Positions 26,128 through 40,200 of a DNA stretch of 64,000 nucleotides are shown here, in pieces. Source of the DNA: Balanoglossus misakiensis (Eukaryota > Animalia > Hemichordata). The first letter of the stretch is position 1. Every line of letters begins with the position of its first letter. The stretch lies in NCBI GenBank assembly GCA_040954595.2, contig CM082597.2, forward strand, positions 9,641,778 through 9,705,777. The letters are read 5' to 3'. The notes under the pieces are model-generated. The model made no database searches and had not been told where the DNA came from. It saw nothing but the letters and a program-made list of their open reading frames with translations. The translations under genes were made by a program, and so were the position numbers.

Positions 26128-26899
26128 GGCTGCATTCACAAACACCTCTGGAGGGGGGGAGGGCAGGAGAATTGAGGGGGGGATTTGAAAAAATTGAGGG
26201 TATGTAAGGGGGGTGGGGTTTGAAATAATTTAGGGACTGAAAGGGGGGGGACTTGAAAACTTTGACGACTAAATATTTATTTTGAGTCCACAAAAATGCA
26301 GTTTTTCGCCCAAAATTTTCTAATGTGGGAGGGGGACACCCCCTCCATTCATCAACACCTTTCAATCATTGACTGGTTTATCTAGTGTCCCGGGTCAGGG
26401 GACTTGCCCCACCCCATGATAACTTTGAGCGGCGACGGTTAAATTTGTCCTCCCTAACATACCGGTAGTTGAGTTAATTTGCTTTTGCCGGGTTCATTAA
26501 AATGCAGCTTTGAGCTCTGTATTTTATAAAATTTTCTTACGTGGGAGGGGGACACCCCCTCCCAAACCCACCCCCTTCATATCTCGGTTTACAATGTCTC
26601 CCAAAACATCATACAAATACTTAAAAAATAAAACAATGTTCAGTTTTAATACCCACTAGGAGAAACATCAGTTTCAAATTCTTTTCATGGGAGCGCTGTT
26701 TTTCTTTTTTACAAGATAGATAGGTGATGTGTTTTGCTCTGTGAAAGAAAATGGGGGGGGGGATTTCAAAATTTTGGCAGTTCGGAAGGGGGGATTTGAA
26801 AATATTTGCGTTGTGCACGGGGGGCATGTGAAAATTAACGGTAAAAAAAATAGAATTCTCCCTCCCCCCCCCCCTCCAGAGGTGTTTGTGAATGCAGCC
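26128..26899. mobile_element. PIF/Harbinger-like MITE
   Basis: TIR GGCTGCATTCACAAACACCTCTGGAGGGGGG, perfect TAA TSD (26125-26127 and 26900-26902). Confidence 0.88.
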
Positions 26900-27411
26900 T
26901 AACGCAGGGCCATGAGTGATTTTGGTATTTTGTAAGATACTTGATCACGATTCTTGGAATATTGCGTAGACAAAATAATTTGCGCCTGTTTGTATCTGTT
27001 ACTCGAGCAGCGTACACTGTAATGACCGTGTGCCAAACACGTTGTCTATGGGAGTCGCAGAAATACTACCCACTTTCGGGCGTGGAATTCGACAATGTCA
27101 TACGGGGTTTTGGAAAGAGGCGCTTTTATATTTTTAAATTGTTATGATGAAGAAAAACTCAAAAATGTTTTTTAAATGGATATCGCCCCGACCGTTTTCA
27201 TGCAATAATTCCCAAAACACAGCTAATTAACTTTTTAAGGCCCTACTTCAAGATTGGATCAATTTCAACTCTCTTTAAAATAAACACAGATGTAGTATCA
27301 TACGGAAAAAAAATGTCTGGTGTTTCACACATAATGTAACTTTCTAAATTTGAGATCGTGATTTATTTCTATGATCACATTCTGTTCAAAAACGGTTTTT
27401 TTCGATTAGTA

Positions 27412-27427
27412 GCCACTAGAGGGCAGC
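27412..27427 (+). promoter_or_regulatory. CTCF-like motif
   Basis: GCCACTAGAGGGCAGC matches the CTCF core consensus. Confidence 0.55.
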
Positions 27428-28019
27428 GTTCGTGAGTCGCCCCTTGGACCTCCTCTTTAAAACATGCATATCCAAAATTAACCAGCCAATACTTTATTTG
27501 GTTTATTAGGCCATGAAATCAAGCCAAGGTTGTTAGCTCTGCTGTCACTCTATTTCATCATCATTTCTAATTAAAGTTGCAAGAATTTTTGCTACTATTA
27601 GAAATAAAATCGCAGACAGGGGACATCCCTGTTGAATATTTTGTAGATTAAAAAGTGGCGTTATCCAACCATTATTTATGATGGAACTATTACAATTGGA
27701 ATAGATAGTCCTAATCCATGCATGTTATAAAAGAATGACCTAATCCAAATTTTTCCAGTGCTAAGAACATAAAATTGTGTTCGACAGTATCAAATGCCTT
27801 ACTCCTCCATTGTTACGAGAAGTCGTTAATATCCTGAATAAGCCGGACGTTTTGGCCACCAACCGTCCTTTAATATAACCCACTTGGTCAGTATTAATCA
27901 ACTTTAAATATATCAAAAGATTATGTCAAGTGAAGGTTATTATTAGATTGTCAACATTGGGGGCGCTGTGCTACACTCCGAGTGCAGTGCCGATGTCCCG
28001 ATGCGATGAGTGCCGATAG

Positions 28020-28233
28020 TACGTTAACGGAAGTGTTCGGCATTGTGGGTAGGTTTCTATGAACGCTACGCATGCGTATCGATAAACAGTACCTAAGGTC
28101 CATCTGTAGCTAGCTGTTTACGTTTATAAACTCAAATCGTGCTACGCATGCGTATCGATAAACAGTACCTAAGGTCCATCTGTAGCTAGCTGTTTACGTT
28201 TATAAACTCAAATCGTGCTCTGAAGGATTGGAA
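28020..28233 (+). promoter_or_regulatory. CCDC153 proximal promoter / 5'UTR with an exact 76-bp tandem duplication (28065-28216)
   Basis: CGGAAGTG (ETS), GGCATTGTGGGTA (ZNF143/Staf-like), and a duplicated unit containing CGCATGCG, ATAAACA and TGTTTAC. Confidence 0.65.
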
Positions 28234-28291
28234 ATGCCACCAAAAAAGAAAGGTAAAGGTAAAAAGAAAGGTAAAAAGAAGAAGAAGGATG
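28234..28291 (+). CDS. CCDC153: CCDC153 coding exon 1 (MPPKKKGKGKKKGKKKKKD)
   Basis: ATG at 28234; donor G|GTAAGT at 28292. Confidence 0.88.
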
Positions 28292-31200
28292 GTAAGTAAC
28301 GTATATGTGCATTTAGCTAGCTGACATTTTGCTGACTTATTTTTGTTTGTTTGTTTCCTCATCAAGTTACTTCATGTCATGAAAAGTTTACCTTGAAAGT
28401 GTCATGTCTGGCACATCTTGTTGAGTAGATTTGGTTGCACATGTAAAGCGATACAAATATAATTATCTTGCCTTCCAATTCATGCTAGAATCAATTTCAA
28501 AATTCTCCATTTTGTCTATAAAATTTTGCACAATCAAGCTCCAGTCTATCTGTCTGATCTGATCACAGTTCATGAACCTAAACCGTACGGTTGACCATGG
28601 ACGTAAAAAGAGATTTTTTACGTCCATGGGTTGACACGCTCAGCGTTCACGCCAACTTTGGAGCCAGTGAACTGGGGAGCAGAAACACTTTGGTTACCGT
28701 TCATTTTCTAATGCAGCGCCAACTCTTTGGAATGTCTTACCAAAAGAAATTAGATTGTCACCAACCGTTGCTTCGTTTAAGACATCTCTCAAAACTTACC
28801 TTTTTAAGAAGTACATAACTTAGTCAGTTTTGTTATTTTTAATAACATTTTTTTAAAGTATTAATGCCCAGTGCCATTTTATCAGTGCTTTTTTTTCACG
28901 GTTTTAATATTGTATTTTATGAGCTTGGTTTTATGTATTGTAAAGCGGTTTGATATTTTTATTGATGGAAATCGCTGTATAAAAATAAATTATTATTATT
29001 GAACAAACCTTGAATTCCTGTCCTGGGCAAGAGGTCATTTTCACTCATTATTAGGTCCCATTTGGTTTATATGTATATATACCATGGGACCTTATGGGAT
29101 CGGTTGCGTCTGTATGTATTGGATGGATGGATGGATGGATGGATGTCTGTATGTCCGTCCACATCAAAAACTTGAAAACCGCTGCGCGTATCACCTCAAT
29201 ATTTGGTGTGCAGATGCAGGCTGGGCTGTAGATGGGAGTTTGTTCAAATGAAGTTGTCATTGCCAAAATATGCAAAATAGCTGGAAAAATGTGAATTTGG
29301 TCAAAACTCAGTAACTTAAGAACTACTGGCCAGATTGCTTTGCAAAGTGGTGTGTATTTGCTTTATTGAGTTCTTTGTAATTAGGCAGGAACCCCTCTTG
29401 AGATTTTTTTATACACAGCAAATTCCTGCATGATTATATATCTGGCTAACTTTTAAAGAGACCAGCTGTTCTATTTAGTGTATGTACAGTACATGCCATT
29501 GGCAGCTTATGGGTCAGTCAGTGTTTGCCCGTTGATCTCTCTATATTATGTGTGTGTGTGTCTGTCTGTCTGTATATGGCCAGTGTAGACTTATTCTTGT
29601 GTAATCCCTAATGGGACCGTGTCCTTGACGCGATTTTATTATTAAATGTATTCCTGTCCTGGACAAAAGGTCATCTTCACTCATACGCTTGTGAGCTTGG
29701 CTGGGCTTGCAAACTGCGATTCAGTATCTATGCCATTAGAAACAACAATTTGAAAAAAAAAGTCTAAAATTTTTACAATCTGTAAGAATTACTAATCCAA
29801 CTTGTAACAGTCTCAGAATTTAGTGAGGACATCTAGATAAAATAATGAGTGAAATCCAGTCAAAAAGCTCTCAGCTGCAAGCTGCACCTATCTTGTGATT
29901 GGCTCAGATTCCCACGTGCCATAGATGGGGCGAGGGCTGTGCCTGGCTGTTTTCTTATAATCTTGCCTGGCTATTCCAAACCTTGTCTACTGTAAATCAC
30001 TAGAAGAAATTACATTGGCACATAAGCTGATCTATATCATACATTGTATGTGGCTGAACCCCAAAAAGCTTTACAGTGTGTGTGTTAATAAATATATGAT
30101 TGATGGAGACTCAAGCAGAGATTATAAAAGAATTATACATGTTTTGTTGTAATCATAACTTGTGATTTGTTACAGATGTTGAACTGACAATCGAAGATAA
30201 GTATAAGCAGACAATTCACCAGATAGAGTCACTCAAGGACCATTTAGGTATGTATAGTTTACAGCTCCTTAGTCGCGCAGCAGACATGGATAGGCTTACT
30301 GATTTATACGCATGTGTAGGTTCGTACATGTAATATGCTGTACCAAAACCAGAAGTTGTACCTGAGGTCACATGAATGTGAATCCCCATTTTGCAGATTT
30401 GTGGAACCTCCGACAAACAAGCATTAGTTTTGATAATGCAGTGTTCTCCCCAGAGCAATTAAAGCATGATGGCCACCACTCTTTAATTTTGAGAAGACGA
30501 TAGAACTTAATTAACATAACAATTGATTATATTGTTATATATTTATTAGTATCAATGCCTTGGTTTTTTGGGGAATACTCTTTATCATTATCGCATAAGG
30601 TAGGAAAAAAGACAGTAAACTAAAGATCTGGATGCAAACATGCTTTAGTATGAATTGGGTTGTACACATGTAGATGGAGGCTACATGAGCACTGCAGAGA
30701 ACACAGGGACTTGCATGTAATTCACAGACGATATTAGTTTTGAACAAATATACCTGTATATACCTGAGAATATAGCATTGATTACACTTTTTTATCACAA
30801 ATTTTGGTGTAAATTTGTATTTGACTTTTATTTCTTAATGACGCTTGGCCTGTCAGACTCAATATGCGTACAATGATGCATGATCTGTATCACTGGTTCC
30901 CATTCCTCGACGACGGAACACACAGCATTGTTGTACATGTATGTACACGGTACGGACCTTGTCGCTGTCAGACCTGGTGGCTTGATATGAATATTTATCT
31001 ATTTTTATGTCCATATTACATACATGTAGCACTGTCAACCTTACCACTGGCATAGCGTACCTTTTATCACACTTGTATCGATACTAGTGTCAAGTATGGC
31101 GCTCAAATGGGGCCAAAATTCAAATCGCAATTTCACTCAACTCAAATCGCAATTTCACACTCAACTCAAATCGCAATTTCACACTCAACTCAAATCGCAA

Positions 31201-34200
31201 TTTCACACTCTACTCAAATCGCAATTTCACTCAAATCGCAATTTCACTCAAATCGCAATTTCACTCAACTCAAACCGGGCATACTACCAGGAAACATGTG
31301 TTGAAAATGAGAGCAGTTGAAAATGAACGTGCGTATCCATAAAATGACTTAGTCAGAATTCCAGTGGTCACTGATCAGGTTCTTAGGGGGTTCGTACTAA
31401 ATGGTGCTAGTCTACGAATATGGCTACAGGTACGGAGTTTGTGCGTAACTACGTGTCGGAAATTTTGTCCATGATATTTCGACATTTGGACGTTCCAGAT
31501 TTTAGAGAAGATGTGGCGTCTAGGTGTAGGAGTCTTGCCGAACTTTTATCACAGTCAACTTACATGTACATTATGTTGGAATGTGCGATGAGCATGTTGT
31601 TCAGGTTGTGATGGAGGCTCAACATGCACTCAAGCAACTTGAGCACGGTGTGTTACATGTCGATGAATCATACCAAGCGCCTTTTTTTGAACCACGGTAC
31701 AAGAGGCAGGCCTTCCTTGGACGTACCGGAAGACCAGTTACAGTTCTTAGTTAGAATGGGATTCTTCTCGCTCAAGGTAGCCACCATGTTAAACGTAGGC
31801 AAACGAACAATTCGCCGCCGATTGCGACCCTCTAAGACAACCCAAAAGGATATGGTTAAAATTTTGATGACGCGTTCTGATGTATGCATGACGCGTTCTG
31901 ACGTAGACACGCTTATCAGATCGAAGCGCGTGACAACTGAGAAGTAACTTAGGGATACCCATCACATACACACGCATTGAGTGAAATTGCGATTTGAGTC
32001 GAGTGAAATTGCGATTTGAGTCGAGGGAAATTGCGATTTGAGTCGAGTGAAATTGCGATTTGAGTCGAAGGAAATTGCAATTTGAGTCGAGGGAAATTGC
32101 GATTTGAGTCGAGTGAAATTGCGATTTGAGTTGACCGAAATGCTGTTGACTCTCATGAAATGCTGAATTGTGTTGAGTGAAATTGCGTTTTGAATTTTGG
32201 CCCTATTTGAGCGCCATAGTTGAGCAACACTCTACATGCCAGCCACCATCAACCCCAATTAACTCATTAACTACAACGTTTGAAACAAATGACCCACGAT
32301 TTCAGACAACCCAAATTTTCATCTCAGCCACACCTCCTTACAAGAGGAAAATCTAAAATCCTTTGCTCAGTGACTTTGTTGTATTCTTTTGAACTATAAA
32401 AAGCACATTTTTCTTAACCTGCTGAATGACCTCAAACAAGCACTAAGCCCTAAATATAGTATTACAATATTATAAAGTTCCTGCATAAGGACATCTGCTG
32501 ACGCTAATGTCTTAGTGCATACTTTGCTATGTTTTTGTGATAAGCTTATATTTTACAAAATATCCACAAAGTTTTTCTGACAATTTTACATGTATAAGCC
32601 AGTACTCATTTGGCCAGCCACCTGAAGTTGTTTAAATTGCACAGTCTCCTACTGTCACATGTACTTCCAGCAACATGTCAGCAACTGGGCCATTCCATTT
32701 GATGAATGTGTTTCAAATAGACGACAGACAGACTAATTTCATTCTGAAACAGATTATAAAGTCTAAATTTACTTAATATAATCTGATACGATGAATTCAT
32801 TTATATCATTGAAAAATAGCCTCCATGAGTATGATTGAATTTTAGTAAGGTTTATTGTACTCCCCTTGTAAAAAGTTAAACTCAGAATATAATAATAGTA
32901 CAAAGATCTGCTCTATTTCTAGTGCATGTAACAGCTAATTGTATTGTGAATACATGTATCAACCAACAACCAAGTGAAATTGGAGGTACCTGAAATTTCT
33001 TGTTGATATATTTTCAGCATATCGTAAAGAATTGTCCAGGAGATCCCAGGCTGCTAGTGACGAATGGAAGGCACGTATGAAAGCTGCTCAAGATGACCTT
33101 CAAACACATCATGTGGACCAAAAATCGATCACATCAGGTAACATTAATCACATCTTTCTTAGTGCTGGGCTGGTTTGTACAATGAAACTGAATTGGTGCT
33201 CTTACATGTATTGTGTAAACTTTCTACATGTATGGTAGCATTTGGTGTTTGCAGATTTTTGCATATTACAAAGTAAGTCCAAACCTGATGCCATTTTGGA
33301 AGAAGTAACATGTTATGAGTGGACATTTCCAAGTTAGTTTTACTGACAAAAAGGAGCAGGTGTGGGACCGCCATCCCATAATACGGCCCAAATTTAATCC
33401 CCAAACAACAGTTATGTTATGTCGCCTTAGATTTATGTCCAGACGACTGATGTGGACGTGGTAATAAATACTACAGATTATATTGCTTCCTGCTGTTCCA
33501 CTGCATTTATTTACTAAGTAGTAATTTTATGTAACTCTCTTTTATTTGTATTTATAAACTTTTTATTCGAGTCGTGAAAAAGAAAGATTCCATATCACAT
33601 CACTGTCAAAATTACAACATGATCAATGCTTCAGTGTAAGTTACAAATCATGGTTGTGGACCAGTTAGATATTTTCCCCATTTCTTTATATGTGATTATC
33701 TAGTCTGTTTTTAGGTCCCATTGGTATGTACCATGGGACCTTATGGAATCAGTTGCGTCTGTATGTATGGATGGATGGATGGATGGATGTCCGTCCACAT
33801 CAATAACTTGAAAACGGCTGCGCGTATAACCTCGATATTTAGTGTGTAGATGCATGTTGGGCTGTAGATTTGAGTCAAAAATATGCAAATTAGCTGGGGA
33901 AAACCTTAATTTGGTCAAAACTCAGAAACTCAACAACCACTGGTCATATTGATTTGAAAATTGGCTTGTATGTATCTTATGTCTACAGCACCTCAAACAG
34001 TCCTGTATGTTTTGAGCTAATATTATCAATTTTCTATTTTTTTATGCATTTTTTATGTATTTTTCCATATTATTGGCAAAAAAATCTTCATTTCTGAAAG
34101 TGATAGGCCTACTTCTTTGAAATTTAGTACGAAGCTTCCTATAAGTTGTCTTCGTAACCATAGTTTTGTTCAAATTGTTGCAAAATTTGCATATTTATAA

Positions 34201-37200
34201 TTTTGAGCAATATTTGCCATTTTTGGTCAAAATTTTTTAGGGGCCCAAGCACCTGAGGGCGCTTGGGCCCCTTCTGAGACTGTTATTGCTGGACTTTTTC
34301 TTCTTTCTTCTTGAGTCGTTTTTTCGGCCACGTTTTTCTCAAAAACCCCTGCACCTGCGCTTATGAAACTTGGCACGGTGTTTGGGGCCCATGAGTACTG
34401 GTGCACCTGCCCTTTGAATTTGTAATTAGTCACGTGACTTGGTGGCTATAATCAAAAGAACTTTCCAAATTGACCTAATTTGCATGTTAATGGGGGCATG
34501 TACATTCTTTTCGCGATTTTTGCAGACCATGTGGCCAAAATCCTCTGTGCGAAATATCAAGGTCCTAGGCCACGTCGATTTTGAGAAGAAGATTTTGTAA
34601 TATTTTTCGCATTTTTTTGTGGGCTGAGGACGAACACTGGGGCATCGGACTTTGACCGTCATTCGGTAATGTTGTGGCGGTCTCATTAGCAAGGTACTCA
34701 TTTCTGCCGGGTTACAGTACTCCTTGGAAAATCGGCTGAAATACGTAAACAGACCAGTGATTATTTTCCACGGAATGAGTTTTGGGACAACACATTATCG
34801 GAGTTCAGGCTGTGTTAGGGCGTTTTATTGAATTGCGCTGAGTTTGTTAGCTGTTGCCGTTCAAATGTTTCTATCCAGAACTGGCTACACGGGTCAACAA
34901 TGCGGAAGCGGACTTTGACCCTCACTCGCTAATGTCTGGTTTCATTTGCATGGTAGTCACTTGTAGTGGGTAGTAGTTCGGAAAATTGGCTGAAATACGA
35001 TGAACCAAATAGGAATCCAAAATTTTGGCCCAATTTCGGGGTAACCTGAGCTGACCTTTGAAGTACTTACTGTATCTTGGCATCCACAACAGGTACAGCA
35101 TTAACATTTTATGGTATGGATTGGTCATGATTCTCGTATTTGTTGGTGAACTGTCATCTACTTTCACATACTTCAACAAATAGAGCGTATACAACCTCAT
35201 GTTTTGGCATTTGATGTGAAAGAACACAATGGAGTTTTTGAGTGTATTTTGTGTATTAGGCGCATTGCTAATTGAACGCAAACAAATACACATAGAAGTT
35301 CACTTTTGGCTGTTGTGTTTGTACTTGTAGAAGGGCTTTCTCACGTGCAATGATTAGGGCGCCCTTTTCGGGATTATAAAAGTTGGCAAACATTTCTTAT
35401 CAGCGACTCAAATAGTTTTGCATTCACATGTGTATAAAAGGGACGGGATCACCGCACTCAATGCGTCCACAGCAGAGTGGCTAAAGGTCACAATGGCGGA
35501 TTCAGTGATGTGTTTACTGTATATGTAGCTCTGGACTTATACCCAAACAGCGTATACCGTAATCTATCCTTCGGTTCGACCAGGAAAAAATAATTATTCT
35601 TTACAAAAAGATGAAACAATGGGGGTAAAAATGAGTCAAAGTGCCAGAACGACCCCCTCGGACATTTATGCAAATTAGGTTCAAATAGGCTTCATGGTGC
35701 GATTGAAAATCAAGGACACATTTCGCCACTTGTCCCATTTGTTGTTCCACATCAAATAAATGGAAGATCCGAGAAAATCCACACTTTTCCAGTTTTTGTA
35801 CAGTCATCCTATAAGTATAAGCGCTTCTACGGTACCGCCTGTGAGTCTTACAGCTTTGAAACCAGTGCGTAATATACTAGTAGCATGACTCCATGCTAGT
35901 AGTAAAAGCATACAGGGATGTGGGAACGCTTTGAGTTGGTCCCTTGGGACAAAGACGTTTTTAATTTATTCACGCACAGGGATGCATTTTTAGCCAGACA
36001 ATGGCAAGACCTAGTTGCCTAGCAATTATCACCATGAACTTTGCTACAAGTTTCACTACCACTTCCACTGGGCGTCTCAATTTTTTCAGCAGAGCCCCAG
36101 CTGCAGTAAGTTCCGACTACCTCAAGGCTTTGCCTGTAGGTTTTGGGGCTCCTCATTTTACTGATGACCATCAGCAACAAGGCAAATTGACCGTTGACTA
36201 AGCAAGGTGCTAAACATCGCTCTTTTCAGAGGGGTAATTTTACATGCAAGCTCATTAGAAACTGCCACTTGTATCCCCTCAAACCGCGTCGGCAGAGTGC
36301 GTTTAGATCGGCGTTTAGTGCGGTGTTTCTGTTCACACGTGATTTGAATCGCTGTTTAGTGCGGCGCCCCGACCCAGGTCCCACCCCTCAACACCGTCAC
36401 AAAAAAAGAGCGGCGCAGGGCCGCTCTCACCTTTTCACACGTGGCACTTACAAATTAACGCCGCCCTAGCACCGCCGCTGGGGCGGCGTTGACGGCACGT
36501 GAGAAAGGCACTTAGGACATCCATTTTGGGTGGTTGCCTAATTCCCCATATCTCCACATCCATCTAGCAAATACAGTACAACACTGAATGGAGTCTAATG
36601 GTTATTATTATCTCTTTGCTTGGGCCCCTTCAATGCTGCTTGCATCTTTAATTTTTTCTCTAAAACCGCATGCCAGATTGCTTTGCAATTTGGTAGGCAT
36701 GTTCCCAGGGGTAACCCAAGTAATGTTGCTAAAACAATTCTGATATTTGCATAAATATGTTGTTGGGGAAATTTTTTCCAATTTCTGTCAAAAATTGTTT
36801 TCTCTGAAACTGCGTGTCACATTGCATTGAATTTTGCCAGGCATGTTTCTTATAGTGATTAAAGTAAGATATTATACAATTTTGGTGATATTTGCATATC
36901 TTTTTTGTTGCCACTTTTGAACAAATATTTTCTTTATAACTGCTTTGAAATTTGTTTTTCTCTGATTGCTTTGAAATTTAGGATACAATTTCATAACACA
37001 TACACGTGCAACTTTTATTCAATTCTGATATCAGAAATATTCAATATTTAGCGAGTTTTTTTTTTTGTAAGTTTCTTTGTTTTTGGTTAGCAAATCTTCT
37101 CCTAAACCAATTCTCCAGTTGTTTTGAAAGTTACTGTTTACAAGGAGTTGTTACCCCCAACTTAGACATGTTTACATAGGTGTTACATGTACAGAGACCA

Positions 37201-40200
37201 CCAGCTATTAAATTTTTAATTACCAGTGGCAGGTCAGTGAGCGTCTTTGTCTGTGCAGTGTTAAAGCCAGCTTTTCCAAACTTGGGGACATTATGTCTCC
37301 TTACTCCAAATTTTGTGGGTCAAAATATTTTTTTTTTTTTTTGGGGGGGGGGGACATTGCAAAAATAAACAAATGATGAAGATGCAAACAAACAAACAAA
37401 TAAATAAATAAACAAAAAAGAAATAAATAGAGATGAATAGAACAAAAGGAAAAAATAAGTAGAGTTATGAAGATAACATTTCATACAATGGTGTCCCGGG
37501 GGTAAGCCTGTGACAGCACAAGGCCTTCGCAGTAGCCCATTCAAACAACGCTTTTGGGGTCAACGATCCGATCGACAATAACACCGTTTTGACATCCGGG
37601 ACGTGTGCAGCCAGCACGCTGATTTCCGTCTTGCCTTACTGCTGGTCAAGTTGGTCTTTCGATAAAAAATGACAGCGGTCGCATGATCACATAGCCGATA
37701 CAGCAAATGTATCAGCAGGAAATCTTTCAGCGAGATATTCTGAATAAAATCGCGAAGTGCTTCGTAGCTGTGGCTACGAATTCATGCATACTGTCGCGTC
37801 GCATGATCTTTGCTAGACCTTTCGCGGCCGGTACGGCGTTCCGCGGCGGACTCGAAATACGTAACAAGCGATCCATATGTTCGAAATAATAGTTTCCAGG
37901 GCCGAATAAAACGAAAACCATCGTACTTCATGCACTTCTCTGTTTCGAATTTCCCTGTCTTTCCTTGATTTTCGCTTCTGTCGGAACACGTCCTTCACTT
38001 ATCACTTCCGGAATGTTCGACAGCTTATCATACTCCGGCATATATAATAAGGTTCTAGCATAGAAAATATGTTGTAGCACTAGGAATGCGTAACGAAGCA
38101 AATATAAAACTCTCCTACATTAATATGTAAAACGAAAATGTAATGGCAATGCAACAAATAGTTATAATCACATGACTTCCTTAAACCTGTATAGTAATCG
38201 GTCTAACGATATACTTCCTATAGTATTAAAATGTCGATTAAATGACGATTGTACATTATTACTTAACTTGTAAGTCGTAGTTTATCTCCAAAAATAATAT
38301 TTAGATCATACAGCTGAAACGTATTCTGGCGAATTGGTTACACGAATACCTGTTAAATAAACTGAGATGTTACCTTACTATTTTTTACTCCATTAGCTGT
38401 AACTTGGACCTTCTTTTTCAGTATATGCTTGAATCTGGAATCATTTTTCATTCTCTTTTGTATATATTTCTAGTGCTACAACATATTTTCTATGCTAGAA
38501 CCTTATTATATACATGTATGGCGGAGTATGATAAGCTGTCGAACATTCATTTGGCGGCCATATTTGATTTATGCAGAATATAAAGTGCAAATGAAAACAA
38601 AATATTTTCAAAATGTTCCAAATGTCATAGAGATAATTTTGAATTAAAAAACACTAAAATAGCTTACTAAGTATCAGATATACTGCCCAAATATGTGTTT
38701 TTAGGAATACTGTCCGCCATATTGATTTTATGCAATCATGAAAACTGCCCATGTCAAATATTATTCCAAAATGTTTCTTCATCAACATGAAATAGTTTTA
38801 AACTTTAAAATCATGGAAAAAAATGTTTATTTCTTGATATTTGCCCCAAAAATCTCCAATATTAAATTTATGCAAATTAGACATATTTCCACAAGGTGGA
38901 TTCGGGTGCATTTTTAATATCTTGTTCAAGACACCTCACCAAAATGCATTGTGAAGAAAAAAATTATGTTGCAATTTGTGGTGAGTCCAGCCCTATATTG
39001 ACTAGAGTATTATGCCACTTTTGAACAAATATTGTCTGTGAAACTGCTTGTTGGATTGCTTTGAAATTTGTTTCTTCTCCGATTGCTTTGGAATTCAGGA
39101 TACAATTTCATAACGCATATATGTGCAGCTTTTATTCAATTCTGATATCAGAAATATTCAATATTGAGCGAGTTTTTTATAAGTTCTTTGTGTTTCGTTA
39201 GCTAATCTTCTCCTAAACCAATTCTCCAGTTGTTTTGAAAGTTACTGTTTACAAGGAGTTGTTACCCCCAACTTAGACATGTTTACAAAACTTTAATTGG
39301 CCAGCTGTTGCAGAGACCACCAGCTATTAAATTTTTAATTACCAGTGGCAGGTCAGTGAGCGTCTGTGTGTGTCTGTCTGTTCCAGGGCTGACTGGAAGA
39401 AGTTGCTTCTAATATGTGTTTGTACAGACAATTTTTGGTCAATTTTTGTTCTAGCACCACTTGTAAGACTGCCATGACACATGACAGTTTATTGGGCATG
39501 TTCCTTGTTAATTTTTTTACATTCCATAATTCTATATGGTTAAATCTGATTGCAATGTCACCTGTAATTTTTATTCTGGTGTATCCCTATTTCCGCGTAA
39601 TCCTCAAATGGGACCACAGTGTCCTTGACGCTATTTTTTCTATTTGCAATGAAAAATTCTGTCTTCTGTGTATCTGCTGAACATAATTTATAAAGTGAGC
39701 AAAGTTAAGCTCCTTTTTATTACATCTCACAATATAAAGATATCTCTTTGCAACTAGAATAAGAAAATTTGAAAGCTTGGGTATTTGTGAATTTCCGAGC
39801 AATACCGTTTCTGGGTTTAACAGAGGCCAGATGCCCAGCCCCCTTCCAAGTGTATCACAGAACGTTTTCCAAAATCTATTAACATGTCTACAGTGAAAAA
39901 ACAGATTAATCGTTTCCTCCCCGTCTGCACAAAAAGTGCAGGCGCTCAAAGGAGCTCTTGGGGGTGTCATTTTGTTAAGCATAACATTTGTTACAAGGAT
40001 ATTATATGACAGCTTCCACTGGAATTCACGTAGTTTTGTGTCCAATGTTAATTGAAATGGTGCCTGATAAATGTACCAGAACGATGGTGAACATCAACAA
40101 GAACATACAAATGTATATCAGAAAGCCCGCAAGCTCACCCCGCGGACCCGTCAAACAACAACTTGTAAAAACCAACACAGTTTATAAGCTGAAGGCAAAA

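Larger units (their letters stand above)
33713..39633 (+). mobile_element. Helentron-type family A long copy hosting further nested insertions
   Basis: Same 5' end (AGGTCCCAT..ATGGGACCT) and 3' end (ATGGGACC..GTGTCCTTGACGC) as the short copies; inserted in a T-run of the LINE. Confidence 0.75.

Noticed and set aside
31087-32156. Repetitive ORFs (LKSQFH / TQIAIS) and a CRISPR-like look
   Set aside because: These are contiguous tandem subterminal repeats of a transposon with no unique spacers, no cas genes, and a eukaryotic context.
38549-39008. Possible Academ-type terminal fragment (ATTGACTAGAGTA)
   Set aside because: Only one end is seen, with no TSD or coding remnant; too weak to call.
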